A DNA stretch of 64,000 nt, from the NCBI GenBank assembly GCA_038249705.1, contig JBBSDC010000002.1, forward strand, positions 1,442-65,441. The letters run 5' to 3'. The notes beneath the pieces were generated by a model that saw only the letters and a program-made list of their open reading frames with translations, was not told the origin of the DNA and searched no databases. Source of the stretch: Bacteroidales bacterium (GTDB lineage: Bacteria; Bacteroidota; Bacteroidia; Bacteroidales; UBA4417). A program made the position numbers and the translations under genes. The first letter of the stretch is position 1, and every line of letters starts with the position of its first letter. Shown here one piece after another: positions 50,507 to 59,277 of this stretch.

Positions 50507-51136
50507 ATGCTAAAGTTAAAACCCGGTAATTCGCAATTCGCACAATTTCTTTCAATTATCCTCCACCCCATGCTCATACCTGCTATGGTTACGCTGGCAC
50601 TTATGCTGAGGACTGACCTTTATTCAATCGTTTTACCTGATTCGCTGAAATTCTGGTTTATATCAGTTGTAATTGTTTTTACAATTCTGATTCCTACGGC
50701 AGGAGTTTTTATTTTATTGAAATTTAAAGCAATATATTCAATTGAAATGAACGAGCGAAACGAGCGTACACTTCCGTTACTTATATCAAGTACTTCATTT
50801 ATGGTACTTTTGTTTTCGCTGAAATCCACCGGAATCCCTTCGGTTTTTCTCTACATTTTATACTCCGCCACATTTGCTTTACTTGCCGGATTGTTAATAA
50901 ACCTTGTGTATAAAATAAGCCTCCACACATTAGGATGGGGAGCTATTGCAGCTACTCTCACGGGCGTATCGATAAAACTGGGGATACCTTTACTAGCGCT
51001 TATTGTTATTTCGGTTCTATTATCAGGATTGGCAGGTTATGCCCGGTTAAAGCAGAATGCCCACAACCCAACCCAGGTTTATCTGGGGTATGTTGCAGGC
51101 ATAAGCGTTATTGTTTTAATTTCTTTTCTGGGATGA
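50507..51136 (+). CDS. Integral membrane protein, function unknown (weak PAP2-like motif pattern)
   Basis: A 209-aa protein with about 6 predicted TM helices. S-x-H (KISLHTLG) and R-x5-H-x3-Q (YARLKQNAHNPTQ) loosely recall PAP2 motifs C2/C3. The functional call is tentative. Confidence 0.5.
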   Translation: MLKLKPGNSQFAQFLSIILHPMLIPAMVTLALMLRTDLYSIVLPDSLKFWFISVVIVFTILIPTAGVFILLKFKAIYSIEMNERNERTLPLLISSTSFMVLLFSLKSTGIPSVFLYILYSATFALLAGLLINLVYKISLHTLGWGAIAATLTGVSIKLGIPLLALIVISVLLSGLAGYARLKQNAHNPTQVYLGYVAGISVIVLISFLG

Positions 51137-51862
51137 TCAGAAAGGTTTGAAAACCAAACCTACTGAAATTGGATATATCTCAGGACCCAGACCTTTTTCA
51201 AAAACAGGTGACAACTGATAAAATACAGAAGCCCCTAACCATTTATACCCGATAACGGCGTAAGGTCCATAATGAAAATTTTCAATGTTGCGGAGTCTGA
51301 GTGACTTTTCAACCACTTCATTTCCGCTGCCTTCCAAATCGCTACCTTTATATTTGGTATGCGCGTTCAGGCTCCACCCAACTTTAAAACCCAAAGTGCC
51401 GTGTATTTTACTGCTCGATTTATATTCAAAACCAAAAGGGATATCAACATAAGTTATTGAAAGTTTGCTCTTTTTCACATCAATGTTTTTACCATCTACC
51501 TTTCGGGGAACATTATAGAAATAAGAAACATCTTTATCGGCATAAAGCTCTTTCCCATAAAAATTGTACTCGCCGGTTCCTAAAAGTGCCTGGTTGTAAA
51601 AATTATGAGCACCAATTCCACCACCGATAAAAAAATTCATATGACCTTTTTTATCCATCGGAAATGCATAATGTATAAAAACATCAACACCTTGATTTAT
51701 AGCCCTGGGATTAATTGAGTCGGGAACTTTCATCCAGAAATCATTAAAAACGCCAAAACCGAGGCTCAAACGCTTGCGTATGGATTCAGCTGATGGTTTT
51801 TGTGCAAATGTTGTGGCCGACAAAGCCATGAGAATGATAATTAAAGATATGTTGCGCTTCAT
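51137..51862 (-). CDS. Outer-membrane beta-barrel protein (small porin-like)
   Basis: It has a signal peptide (ALSATTFAQ), an alternating hydrophobic beta pattern and a terminal Phe (VGLVFKPF). Confidence 0.7.
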   Translation of the reverse strand: MKRNISLIIILMALSATTFAQKPSAESIRKRLSLGFGVFNDFWMKVPDSINPRAINQGVDVFIHYAFPMDKKGHMNFFIGGGIGAHNFYNQALLGTGEYNFYGKELYADKDVSYFYNVPRKVDGKNIDVKKSKLSITYVDIPFGFEYKSSSKIHGTLGFKVGWSLNAHTKYKGSDLEGSGNEVVEKSLRLRNIENFHYGPYAVIGYKWLGASVFYQLSPVFEKGLGPEIYPISVGLVFKPF

Positions 51863-51882
51863 GAGATATATTTTTTCGAAAG

Positions 51883-51890
51883 CAAAGATA
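51883..51890 (-). promoter_or_regulatory. Putative -7 promoter box (TATCTTTG) for the beta-barrel gene
   Basis: The plus strand reads caaagata, so the minus strand reads TATCTTTG. It lies 20 nt upstream of ATG 51862. Confidence 0.45.
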
Positions 51891-52207
51891 AAGCAAAAAG
51901 CGGATTACATGCACCTTTCGGATTAAATGTGAGTGTTAAGAAATGCTAATACCGTTTTAGTAATTCCCTTTATCACTGATTTGAAACATGAAAGTACTTA
52001 TAAAAATCGGATTACACGTTTTCTGATGTGCTATGTTAATAGCAATCAATTTAGTTTCCGAACACCTTTGTTACAGTGTTTGAAAGTAGTATATCGCTAC
52101 AATTAATTTTTAAAGGTCTGTAAGTGAACTATAAATATATGTCTATTGTTCCATATTTTAACCATTTTAGTAATAACCAAAAGATAAAAATGTAAGGAGA
52201 ATTCATT

Positions 52208-52780
52208 ATGAGAACAAAACAGATTTTTGCAGTACTAGTATTTTTCGCTGGCTTCCTTTTCTTAGCAGGAGCGCAGACTAAGGCAACAAAAAGCGCGGCT
52301 GTTGATCATGAAGCCCTTGCTCAAAAACTTGTAAACCAGTGTGGAAATATCCAAGAAGGCGAAATTGTATTGGTTAGCGGCGGAGTGAATGACCTCGAAT
52401 TACTGGAAAATATTGCAGTTAATGTGCGGAAGTTAGGTGCGTTTCCATTACTAACCATTGGAAGCGACCGAATGACACGGCTCATGTATACTGATGTTCC
52501 AACAAAATATGACACACAAACGCCCGAACTAAGTTTAAAACTATTAAATTTTGTTACAACTATGATAAGTGTGGATTATGGCGAAGCTCCCGGTTTACTT
52601 GCTGATATTGCACCCGAACGTTTTGTTACCATAGGTAAGACAAATGAATCTGTGGGTGAATTGATAATGAAACGTAATATAAAGGGGGTGAGCCTTGGAA
52701 ACGGACTCTATCCTTCTGATGCCCTGGCAAAACAATTTGGTATAACCAAGGCCGAGTTATTGGCTGTTCGGAAAACTTGA
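52208..52780 (+). pseudogene. Truncated M29 (aminopeptidase T/S-like) gene: N-terminal ~190 aa only
   Basis: After a signal peptide the protein matches the M29 N-terminal domain (LAQKLVNQCGNIQEGEIVLVSGG...LLENIAVNVRKLGAFPLL...). It stops at 190 aa, whereas family members are about 370-410 aa. The remaining 237 bp before the tRNA cannot encode the metal-binding C-terminal half. Confidence 0.55.
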
Positions 52781-52966
52781 AAAATGTATACCAGTTTTTC
52801 AAAAGAAAGTAATACTCTACAAAGAATTGAAGTGCAACAGATATTTTGAAAAACGATTTTAAAATTCAGACCCACACAGAGATTAAGTGTTCACCATATA
52901 ACATTGCAAATAAGTGGCTTGCACATGTGAATGTGATCAATAAATGTCCCTTAATACTCACGTAAT

Positions 52967-53003
52967 AAAAAAAATCCCCTCTAAATCGCAGATCTAAAGG
53001 GGA
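52967..53003 (-). terminator. Possible terminator downstream of tRNA(CAT)
   Basis: A 6-bp stem TCCCCT (52975-52980) / AGGGGA (52998-53003) with a 17-nt loop. The plus-strand A8 run (52967-52974) gives U8 on the minus transcript. The stem is weak. Confidence 0.35.
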
Positions 53004-53017
53004 ATTAACTGTAATAT

Positions 53018-53094
53018 TGGTGGGCCCACCTGGACTTGAACCAGGGACCTACTGATTATGAGTCAGTTGCTCTAACCATCTGAGCTATAGGCCC
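53018..53094 (-). tRNA. tRNA with anticodon CAT (Met by anticodon; features favour lysidine-modified tRNA-Ile2)
   Basis: Reverse complement: GGGCCTATAGCTCAGATGGTTAGAGCAACTGACTCATAATCAGTAGGTCCCTGGTTCAAGTCCAGGTGGGCCCACCA. It is 77 nt with a clean cloverleaf and encoded CCA. G1:C72 rules out an initiator. C4:G69, C5:G68 and the T-arm GGTTCAAGTCC resemble E. coli ileX. Confidence 0.9.
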
Positions 53095-53185
53095 TTTGTA
53101 TTTAAAGTTGTATTTAACTTGGAAATACGGCTGCAAATTTACACTTTTGCAGTCAAATTAAAAGCCTGTTTTAAATATTTTTTTT

Positions 53186-53833
53186 ATGCCTGAAATTCAA
53201 TCTGTTAAAATAAAGAATATTATATTCGATTTGGGTGGTGTTCTGCTGAATATCAACCCGTTACTTTCGCTGATTGAATTCGCCAATATCAGTAAAACCG
53301 ACCCCGAAGTACTCAAAAACAGGCTTACTTCGGACAGAGTGTTCGAAAAATTTGATACCGGAATACTCAGTCCCGACGAATTCAGGAACGAATTATGCCG
53401 GATTATGAACTACCATGCAAGTAATCCGGAAATTGACAATGCATGGAACATTCTCCTTCTCGACTTCCCTCCCGAACGTGTTGAATTGTTAAAACAGCTG
53501 AAATTAAATTACAGTATCTTCCTTTTGTCTAATACTAACATTATACATTTTTGGAAATATACTGCCGACTTTTACCAAAAGTATGGCATACAAATGGCTG
53601 ATATGTTCGAAAAATTATTCCTTTCATACGAAATCGGGATTCACAAACCCGATGCCGGTATTTATACCCATGTGTTACAAAACGCGGAAATAAAAGCCGA
53701 TGAAAGTGTATTTTTTGACGATTCGCCTGCAAATGTAGAAGCTGCCATAAAATTGGGAATGAGTGGAATACACATTACTAACGGTAAGGATGTTACTCAG
53801 TACTTTGATAAAGGAATTTTAAAATCACTCTGA
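53186..53833 (+). CDS. HAD-superfamily (subfamily IA) hydrolase/phosphatase
   Basis: Motif I IIFDLGGVLL, motif II LLSNTN and motif IV FFDDSPANV are present (215 aa). Confidence 0.8.
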   Translation: MPEIQSVKIKNIIFDLGGVLLNINPLLSLIEFANISKTDPEVLKNRLTSDRVFEKFDTGILSPDEFRNELCRIMNYHASNPEIDNAWNILLLDFPPERVELLKQLKLNYSIFLLSNTNIIHFWKYTADFYQKYGIQMADMFEKLFLSYEIGIHKPDAGIYTHVLQNAEIKADESVFFDDSPANVEAAIKLGMSGIHITNGKDVTQYFDKGILKSL

Positions 53834-53880
53834 TCTGTTATAATCAGACAAGAGAGTTTATAAAATACAATTTCTGAAAC

Positions 53881-55233
53881 TTATTGCAGATCGCGGCCAT
53901 CATCTTTAAGCATACGGTAAATGGTGGTTTTGCCAATATTCAGTTTATCGGCAACCAATCGTACTTTGTTATCGTATTTATTCAGGTAATGGGTTATTAT
54001 TATCTTGATATAATCGTCGAGTGAAGCTTCTTCATTGGCAAAATCAAGCACAGCGGTTGTATTGGGCAGCTTAACATCTTCAGCATGGATAGTATTTGTA
54101 TTTGTCATTACAGCTGCAAGCTCAACTATTGCTTTTAACTCGCGCACATTACCAGGGAAAGGATATTTGCGGAATTTTTCCATAGCTTCCGCTGAAATTG
54201 TAAGTTTCGGCATGGTGTTTTTCGTGCAAAATTCGTCAACAAAATGCCTGGCAAGCAGAAAAATATCGTTTCCTCTCATCCGCAAAGGGGGTAGTTCTAT
54301 AGGCAATCCAAGTAAACGGTAATACAAGTCCTCGCGGAAATTTCCTTTTTTAACTTCATCAAGTAAATTCTTATGCGTGGCAACAATCACGCGCACATCA
54401 AGCTTTATTGGTCTGTTTGCTCCTACCCGTACAACTTCCTCTTCCTGTAAAACGCGAAGCAGTTTAGCCTGCATATTCAGATCCATATCCCCAATTTCGT
54501 CGAGAAAAATGGTTCCGTGATTGGCTTCTTCGAACCTGCCGATACGTTGATTGTTAGCACCGGTAAATGAACCTTTTTCGTGGCCAAACATTTCACTTTC
54601 GATAAGCTCGCGTGGAATTGCAGTTACATTTACCGGCACAAAAGCTTTATTTTTTCTTTTCGAACCAAAATGTATTGCTTTGGCAACCAATTCTTTACCA
54701 GTGCCGGTTTCGCCATGAATTGAAACCGTAATATTGGTTTTTGTAGCTTTCTCAATCAACCTGAAAACACCGTTTATTGCCGGGCTATCTCCTCTGATAA
54801 GATTATTAAATTCATATTTCTTCCCAATTTCATCCTCCAGATTTGAAATACGCTGTTTCAGGTTAAAGTTCGATTTGATATTGCGCATTACCGTCCATAT
54901 CCGGTCTTTCGTATCAGGATCCTTGAGTACATAATCGTAAACACCTTTTTTCAACAGCTCTACTGCGGTTGAAATATCCTGTTGACCCGAAACAATGATA
55001 ACCGGCAACTCAGGATCAAACTCCCTGATGCGCTTCAACACATCAAAGCCACTCATATCGGGAAGATTGAAGTCGAGTGAGATTGCTGAAGGTCCTTTAT
55101 ATAGGTTTGCCAGCAATTCCTTTCCCGATGTAAATACCATTACTTCATAATCCGGATTTTGCGATAAATGATACGATAGGATTTTCGCATACATGAGATC
55201 ATCCTCTACTACAAAAATTTTAAATGCATCCAT
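53881..55233 (-). CDS. Sigma-54-dependent response regulator (REC, AAA+ and Fis-type HTH; NtrC family)
   Basis: A REC domain (VVEDDLMYAKIL...SLDFNLPDMSG), Walker A GETGTGKE, sigma-54 contact loop GSFTGA, and a C-terminal HTH (GKTTIYRMLK). Confidence 0.9.
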   Translation of the reverse strand: MDAFKIFVVEDDLMYAKILSYHLSQNPDYEVMVFTSGKELLANLYKGPSAISLDFNLPDMSGFDVLKRIREFDPELPVIIVSGQQDISTAVELLKKGVYDYVLKDPDTKDRIWTVMRNIKSNFNLKQRISNLEDEIGKKYEFNNLIRGDSPAINGVFRLIEKATKTNITVSIHGETGTGKELVAKAIHFGSKRKNKAFVPVNVTAIPRELIESEMFGHEKGSFTGANNQRIGRFEEANHGTIFLDEIGDMDLNMQAKLLRVLQEEEVVRVGANRPIKLDVRVIVATHKNLLDEVKKGNFREDLYYRLLGLPIELPPLRMRGNDIFLLARHFVDEFCTKNTMPKLTISAEAMEKFRKYPFPGNVRELKAIVELAAVMTNTNTIHAEDVKLPNTTAVLDFANEEASLDDYIKIIITHYLNKYDNKVRLVADKLNIGKTTIYRMLKDDGRDLQ

Positions 55234-55694
55234 AAAAGTGTCCTTTTCTAATATTCATTTCCTAAAAACGGAAAAGTAACAAAGTAAGTTAAAAATAAAG
55301 TACAATTCCCACAATGGGACATGTTTTTTCGTTTCAGGAAACCACTTCGCCTTTTGTACCATTTTAACAACGGATTGGCAGATTGGCAAATAGGGGAAGT
55401 TGCTTTATTACTACTGCGTTTTTTATGATTTATTTTTCTTTCAAATCACTTTAGAGTAAAATCACATTATGCTTATTTAGCGCACTTTAACAGCACATTG
55501 CCACCCTAAAAACCTTACAAGTGTGGTTTCAATTAAAAGTTCATGAAATGATAAATCTTTAATATTTCCTGATTTCAACTTTTATCAAAATTTTCTTTTT
55601 CGAAATTCGGATAAATAAAATTCTGGTTAATACTAGTTAATACAAATTTCGTGACAAAGTAAAAAAACGGGATAATTTTTTAACACATAGCCAT

Positions 55695-56657
55695 TTACGC
55701 TAAATTCATCAGAATATCCTGGATTTCGGTAAAGTTGGTCCGGGTTAAAATTTCAAGCCTTATTTTTTTAAATCCAGGCAATCCTTTGAAATATCCGGCA
55801 TAATGTTTCCTCATTTCAATAATTCCTTTGTGCCCGCCTTTTTTCTGAATAGCGAGTTCGAGATGAGCCAGACTAACAGCAATTCGTTCGGGCAAATCGG
55901 GTAATAAAGGTATTTCTCCACGACTGATAAATGCTTTTGCCTGGTCGAAAATCCATGGATTGCCAATAGCTGCCCGGCCTATCATAACCGCATCAATACC
56001 ATATCGATTAAACATTTCCGCAGCTTTATACGCACTGTCGATGTCGCCGTTTCCGATAACCGGTATTTTCATCCTTTGATTGGCTTTAACTGCCCCAATC
56101 AGGGTCCAATCAGCTTCACCCGAATACATTTGTGCACGCGTACGTCCATGGATAGTCAAAGCCTGAATACCGACATCCTGCAAGCGCTCAGCCACATCAG
56201 TAATAACTTTGGTATTTTCGTCCCACCCAAGCCTCGTTTTCACTGTAACAGGCACTTTAACGGCATTAACAACCTCGCGGGTTATTGCCATCATAAGCGG
56301 AATATCATTCAGCAAAGCAGCTCCGGAACCCTTCATAGCAACTTTTCGTACCGGGCAACCGAAATTTATGTCAATAAGTTCCGGATTATTCTGTTCAGCC
56401 AATAAAGCAGCATTTCGCATGGCTTCCACATTGTTACCAAAAATTTGAATACCGATAGGTCTCTCCTTCTCTTCAAATATCATTTTAATACTGCTCTTCA
56501 AAGCGGATCGCACCAGTGCTTCCGACGAAACAAATTCAGTATAAACCATATCAGCTCCATGTTTCCGGCAGATAGAACGGAAAGCTGAGTCGGTAATATC
56601 TTCAAGCGGAGCAAGAAGAACGGGGTATTCGCCAAGGTTAGTTTTTCCAATAATCAT
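55695..56657 (-). CDS. dusB: tRNA-dihydrouridine synthase B
   Basis: A Dus TIM-barrel (LAPLEDITDSAFR, IDINFGCPVRKV, TVKTRLGW, LTIHGRTR). ATG 56657 is preferred over the ORF-track TTG at 56660. Confidence 0.9.
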   Translation of the reverse strand: MIIGKTNLGEYPVLLAPLEDITDSAFRSICRKHGADMVYTEFVSSEALVRSALKSSIKMIFEEKERPIGIQIFGNNVEAMRNAALLAEQNNPELIDINFGCPVRKVAMKGSGAALLNDIPLMMAITREVVNAVKVPVTVKTRLGWDENTKVITDVAERLQDVGIQALTIHGRTRAQMYSGEADWTLIGAVKANQRMKIPVIGNGDIDSAYKAAEMFNRYGIDAVMIGRAAIGNPWIFDQAKAFISRGEIPLLPDLPERIAVSLAHLELAIQKKGGHKGIIEMRKHYAGYFKGLPGFKKIRLEILTRTNFTEIQDILMNLA

Positions 56658-56675
56658 CAACTTCTATTTCTTTTG

Positions 56676-56683
56676 CAAAAATA
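56676..56683 (-). promoter_or_regulatory. Putative -7 promoter box (TATTTTTG) for dusB
   Basis: The plus strand reads caaaaata, so the minus strand reads TATTTTTG. It lies 18 nt upstream of ATG 56657. Confidence 0.45.
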
Positions 56684-56721
56684 GCAACATTATGCATTGT
56701 GTGCCATTCAGGCTTATTCAT

Positions 56722-56729
56722 TACTTTTG
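56722..56729 (+). promoter_or_regulatory. Putative -7 promoter box (TACTTTTG) for the CPBP protease gene
   Basis: Exact TAnnTTTG match 17 nt upstream of ATG 56747. It lies inside the ORF-track frame that starts at GTG 56699. Confidence 0.45.
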
Positions 56730-56746
56730 CCTCAAACCAAATTAGT

Positions 56747-57676
56747 ATGCTCCGGGGCGCTTACAGTAATCTCAATAATTTCAGCAAGTTCATTCTCTTG
56801 CTGATACTTGTATTAAGTTTTCTGTTATTCTCCACTTTACTCGGAATACTTATGCTGGTTCCTTATTATGGCACAGATGTCATTAGTTTGCTATCAACAC
56901 CCGATTTTTCCAATCCATCTGTAGTCAATGCCATGAAAGCGATTCAGATTATGAATATGGCCGGTGGATTGCTGTTTCCGGCTATTGTTTATTTATGGCT
57001 TTGTACACCCGATACCAACAGTTATGCGATTTTCAAAAAGCATGAATCTGTTTTACCAATTTTGCTTTCTGCCATTTTAATTGTGTTGGCGCAACCTCTT
57101 ATCGGATTAGCGAATGAATTTAACAGTTACCTTACATTACCCGAAGGACTTTCTTCAATAGAAAACTGGATGAAAAAAGGGGAGGAAAGAGGAGCAATTC
57201 TTACAGAAGCATTTCTTGCAACGACCTCTTTATCAGGCTTGGCGGTTAATATTTTTATGATCGCAATATTGCCTGCATTTGCTGAAGAAATACTTTTCAG
57301 AGGAGTATTGGCAAACTTATTCAGAAGCATGACTCAAAATGTTCATCTGGCGGTTTTTCTTTCGTCGTTTATTTTTGCAGCTATACACCTGCAGTTTTAC
57401 GGATTTCTGCCGCGATTTCTTTTAGGAATGGCACTTGGGTACCTTTTCTTTTGGAGTGGCAGCCTGTGGCTACCGATAGTAGCTCATTTCGCAAATAATT
57501 TCCTCTCAGTTATTATTGAATTCCTCTATCGCAAAGAGATTATATTAACTGATGCAGAAAATTTTGGAACAAATAATACTATGATTATAATTATTATCAG
57601 CGTTATAACAGTAACAGCAATACTTTACTATATTTACAGAATGTCCGATAATCGCCTTCACTCACCTGAAATTTAA
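56747..57676 (+). CDS. CPBP-family intramembrane glutamic endopeptidase (CAAX protease-like)
   Basis: A polytopic membrane protein with the EEILFRG motif, FAAIH and HFANN. The start is moved to ATG 56747 (MLRGAYS...). Confidence 0.8.
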   Translation: MLRGAYSNLNNFSKFILLLILVLSFLLFSTLLGILMLVPYYGTDVISLLSTPDFSNPSVVNAMKAIQIMNMAGGLLFPAIVYLWLCTPDTNSYAIFKKHESVLPILLSAILIVLAQPLIGLANEFNSYLTLPEGLSSIENWMKKGEERGAILTEAFLATTSLSGLAVNIFMIAILPAFAEEILFRGVLANLFRSMTQNVHLAVFLSSFIFAAIHLQFYGFLPRFLLGMALGYLFFWSGSLWLPIVAHFANNFLSVIIEFLYRKEIILTDAENFGTNNTMIIIIISVITVTAILYYIYRMSDNRLHSPEI

Positions 57677-57818
57677 TTAACTTTCAGGTTGGTAAGCAAA
57701 ACCATGTCAATGATCCGGTTTGCATTTCTTTTAAAGGTCGGAAACATTCACCAGGTTAAATCCATGCTCATTTTCTTATACTGATAAAAGGTGATCATTG
57801 TCCTTGTTTAAAGGCCAT

Positions 57819-57856
57819 AAAAAAAGAGATTGCCTTTGACAGACAATCTCTTTTCT
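57819..57856. terminator. Bidirectional terminator between the convergent CPBP and exbD genes
   Basis: Stem AAAGAGATTG (57823-57832) / CAATCTCTTT (57844-57853) with an 11-nt loop. An A-run lies upstream and a T-run downstream. Confidence 0.65.
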
Positions 57857-57874
57857 ATATGTATTTGAATACTT

Positions 57875-58342
57875 TTACTCAGTAACTTTCCCTTTTTTAC
57901 GGGTCGAATAATTGATTTTAAATGCACTGGCTTTACGAAGTTCCTGTTTTACATCGGTAACTACACCCATTTTGGTTTCGCCGTCCACTTTAAGTGAAGT
58001 GGTGAGCATTTTGCGGTCAGCCTCATTACGCGACTGGCGTTCGGCAGCTACAAAAGCCTGAATATCAGATACTGATGAAAACGAGTTGTTTAACTGAATA
58101 CGCGACTCGTTACCATATTTCGATTGCACCGGTTGCCCGATATAGATAAAGCTCACCAAAGCTTTCTTTTCCAGTTTTTGTATTTCTGATGCCTGCGGTG
58201 GCCTAAGCTTCACTAAAAGCGTAACTTCACGAATGGTAGTAATTACCATAAAAAAGAACAGAAACATGAAAATAATATCCGACATGGAGCCGGTATTTAT
58301 TCCGGGGATTTTACGTCCTCCGGCTTTCTTGAATCGTGCCAT
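57875..58342 (-). CDS. exbD: Biopolymer transport protein ExbD/TolR
   Basis: A 155-aa protein with a single N-terminal TM (MSDIIFMFLFFFMVITT) and a periplasmic ExbD domain. It is the last gene of the exbB cluster. Confidence 0.85.
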   Translation of the reverse strand: MARFKKAGGRKIPGINTGSMSDIIFMFLFFFMVITTIREVTLLVKLRPPQASEIQKLEKKALVSFIYIGQPVQSKYGNESRIQLNNSFSSVSDIQAFVAAERQSRNEADRKMLTTSLKVDGETKMGVVTDVKQELRKASAFKINYSTRKKGKVTE

Positions 58343-58343
58343 A

Positions 58344-58922
58344 CTATTTCCCTCCTATATTTTCGGGTTCAGCCTCTGAAATTGCAACCGGTATTGCTTT
58401 GGAAATAGCATCGCTTTGAGTCCGGTCATTGAGATCAGAATATTTAACACCGAATTTCTGTTTTGACAAATCGTTACGAAGTTCGCTGATTGCAGCAGCC
58501 AGCTCATTTTGAACATTGATATATGTTTCGTAGGAAGTACCCCTGTCATTTTTGAGCGAGATAACGCCTTTGGAAACTTTTATTTTACCCAGTCCGGCGA
58601 TTTCCTTTTCTTCCATTTCCGGAAGGTCTTCACTATTCTGTGGATTTAAAAGAAACAATTTGGCCGTTTCTTTCAGATCGCGGATATCGATAAATTTACC
58701 CTGCACAAGCAAAGCATTGCTTTTGCTGACAAGGACTTTAAGAACATTACGATCTTTAATATCAATATCAGGTGGCGGGTTATTAGGATCCAGTGGTGGC
58801 GGAAGTCTTCTGGTTATACCTTGATCTGTGTCAATTGACGATGTCAAAAGAAAGAAGGTAAGGAGCAGAAACGATATGTCCGCCATTGACCCTGTATTTA
58901 ATTCAGGACTTATTCTTGCCAT
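58344..58922 (-). CDS. exbD: Biopolymer transport protein ExbD/TolR (long form)
   Basis: A 192-aa protein with N-terminus LNTGSMADISFLLLTFFLL, a Pro-rich linker and an ExbD periplasmic domain. Confidence 0.85.
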   Translation of the reverse strand: MARISPELNTGSMADISFLLLTFFLLTSSIDTDQGITRRLPPPLDPNNPPPDIDIKDRNVLKVLVSKSNALLVQGKFIDIRDLKETAKLFLLNPQNSEDLPEMEEKEIAGLGKIKVSKGVISLKNDRGTSYETYINVQNELAAAISELRNDLSKQKFGVKYSDLNDRTQSDAISKAIPVAISEAEPENIGGK

Positions 58923-58942
58923 ATCAATTATTATTTTATGGT

Positions 58943-59272
58943 TTATTTAAACCATCTTATAACCGAAGTATATATTGTTATGAGTACAAGGCCGGCCAAA
59001 ATTATGTATGTTGAAATAATTCCGGCTCCAATAAGTTTTGAAGTCCCGGCCGATACATTCATTTTGGTATAGTATAACCCCTGATCGGCAGGAGAAATAA
59101 TATAGGACAAAAGAATAACAGCGGCAAGAGCTGCAACCCCTATAAGTGCACCTTTGGCATTTTTGATATTCCCCTTAATAAGGGTAATTATCGGAAAAAT
59201 GACAAGGGAACCTACAGCTATAAACAGCGCAAAATATGCTATGTATAGCCCAATATTGATGAAGCTATCCAT
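58943..59272 (-). CDS. Small membrane protein (3 TM helices) between exbB and exbD
   Basis: A 109-aa hydrophobic ORF, tightly spaced with its neighbours (5 nt after exbB, 20 nt before exbD). I recognise no family motif. Confidence 0.6.
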   Translation of the reverse strand: MDSFINIGLYIAYFALFIAVGSLVIFPIITLIKGNIKNAKGALIGVAALAAVILLSYIISPADQGLYYTKMNVSAGTSKLIGAGIISTYIILAGLVLITIYTSVIRWFK

Positions 59273-59277
59273 ATTTA

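Noticed and set aside
51901-52016. Direct repeats of CGGATTACA (51901, 52008) with a partial third copy (51919) in the divergent intergenic region
   Set aside because: A single 9-mer recurrence within about 350 bp is not clearly above chance, by a rough estimate of order 0.2. There is no palindromic structure or positional link to the -7 boxes.
52781-53186. Integrated mobile element or prophage at the tRNA(CAT) locus
   Set aside because: There is no integrase, transposase or phage gene, and no visible duplicate of the tRNA 3' half within the window. Only a truncated gene suggests a past event.
56700-56713. Sigma-54 promoter-like TGGCAC...TGCA on the minus strand upstream of dusB
   Set aside because: The spacing between the GG and GC elements is 2 nt shorter than the strict TGGCAC-N5-TTGC geometry. 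The TGGCA repeats at 55377-55392 (plus strand) also lack a correctly spaced -12 element.
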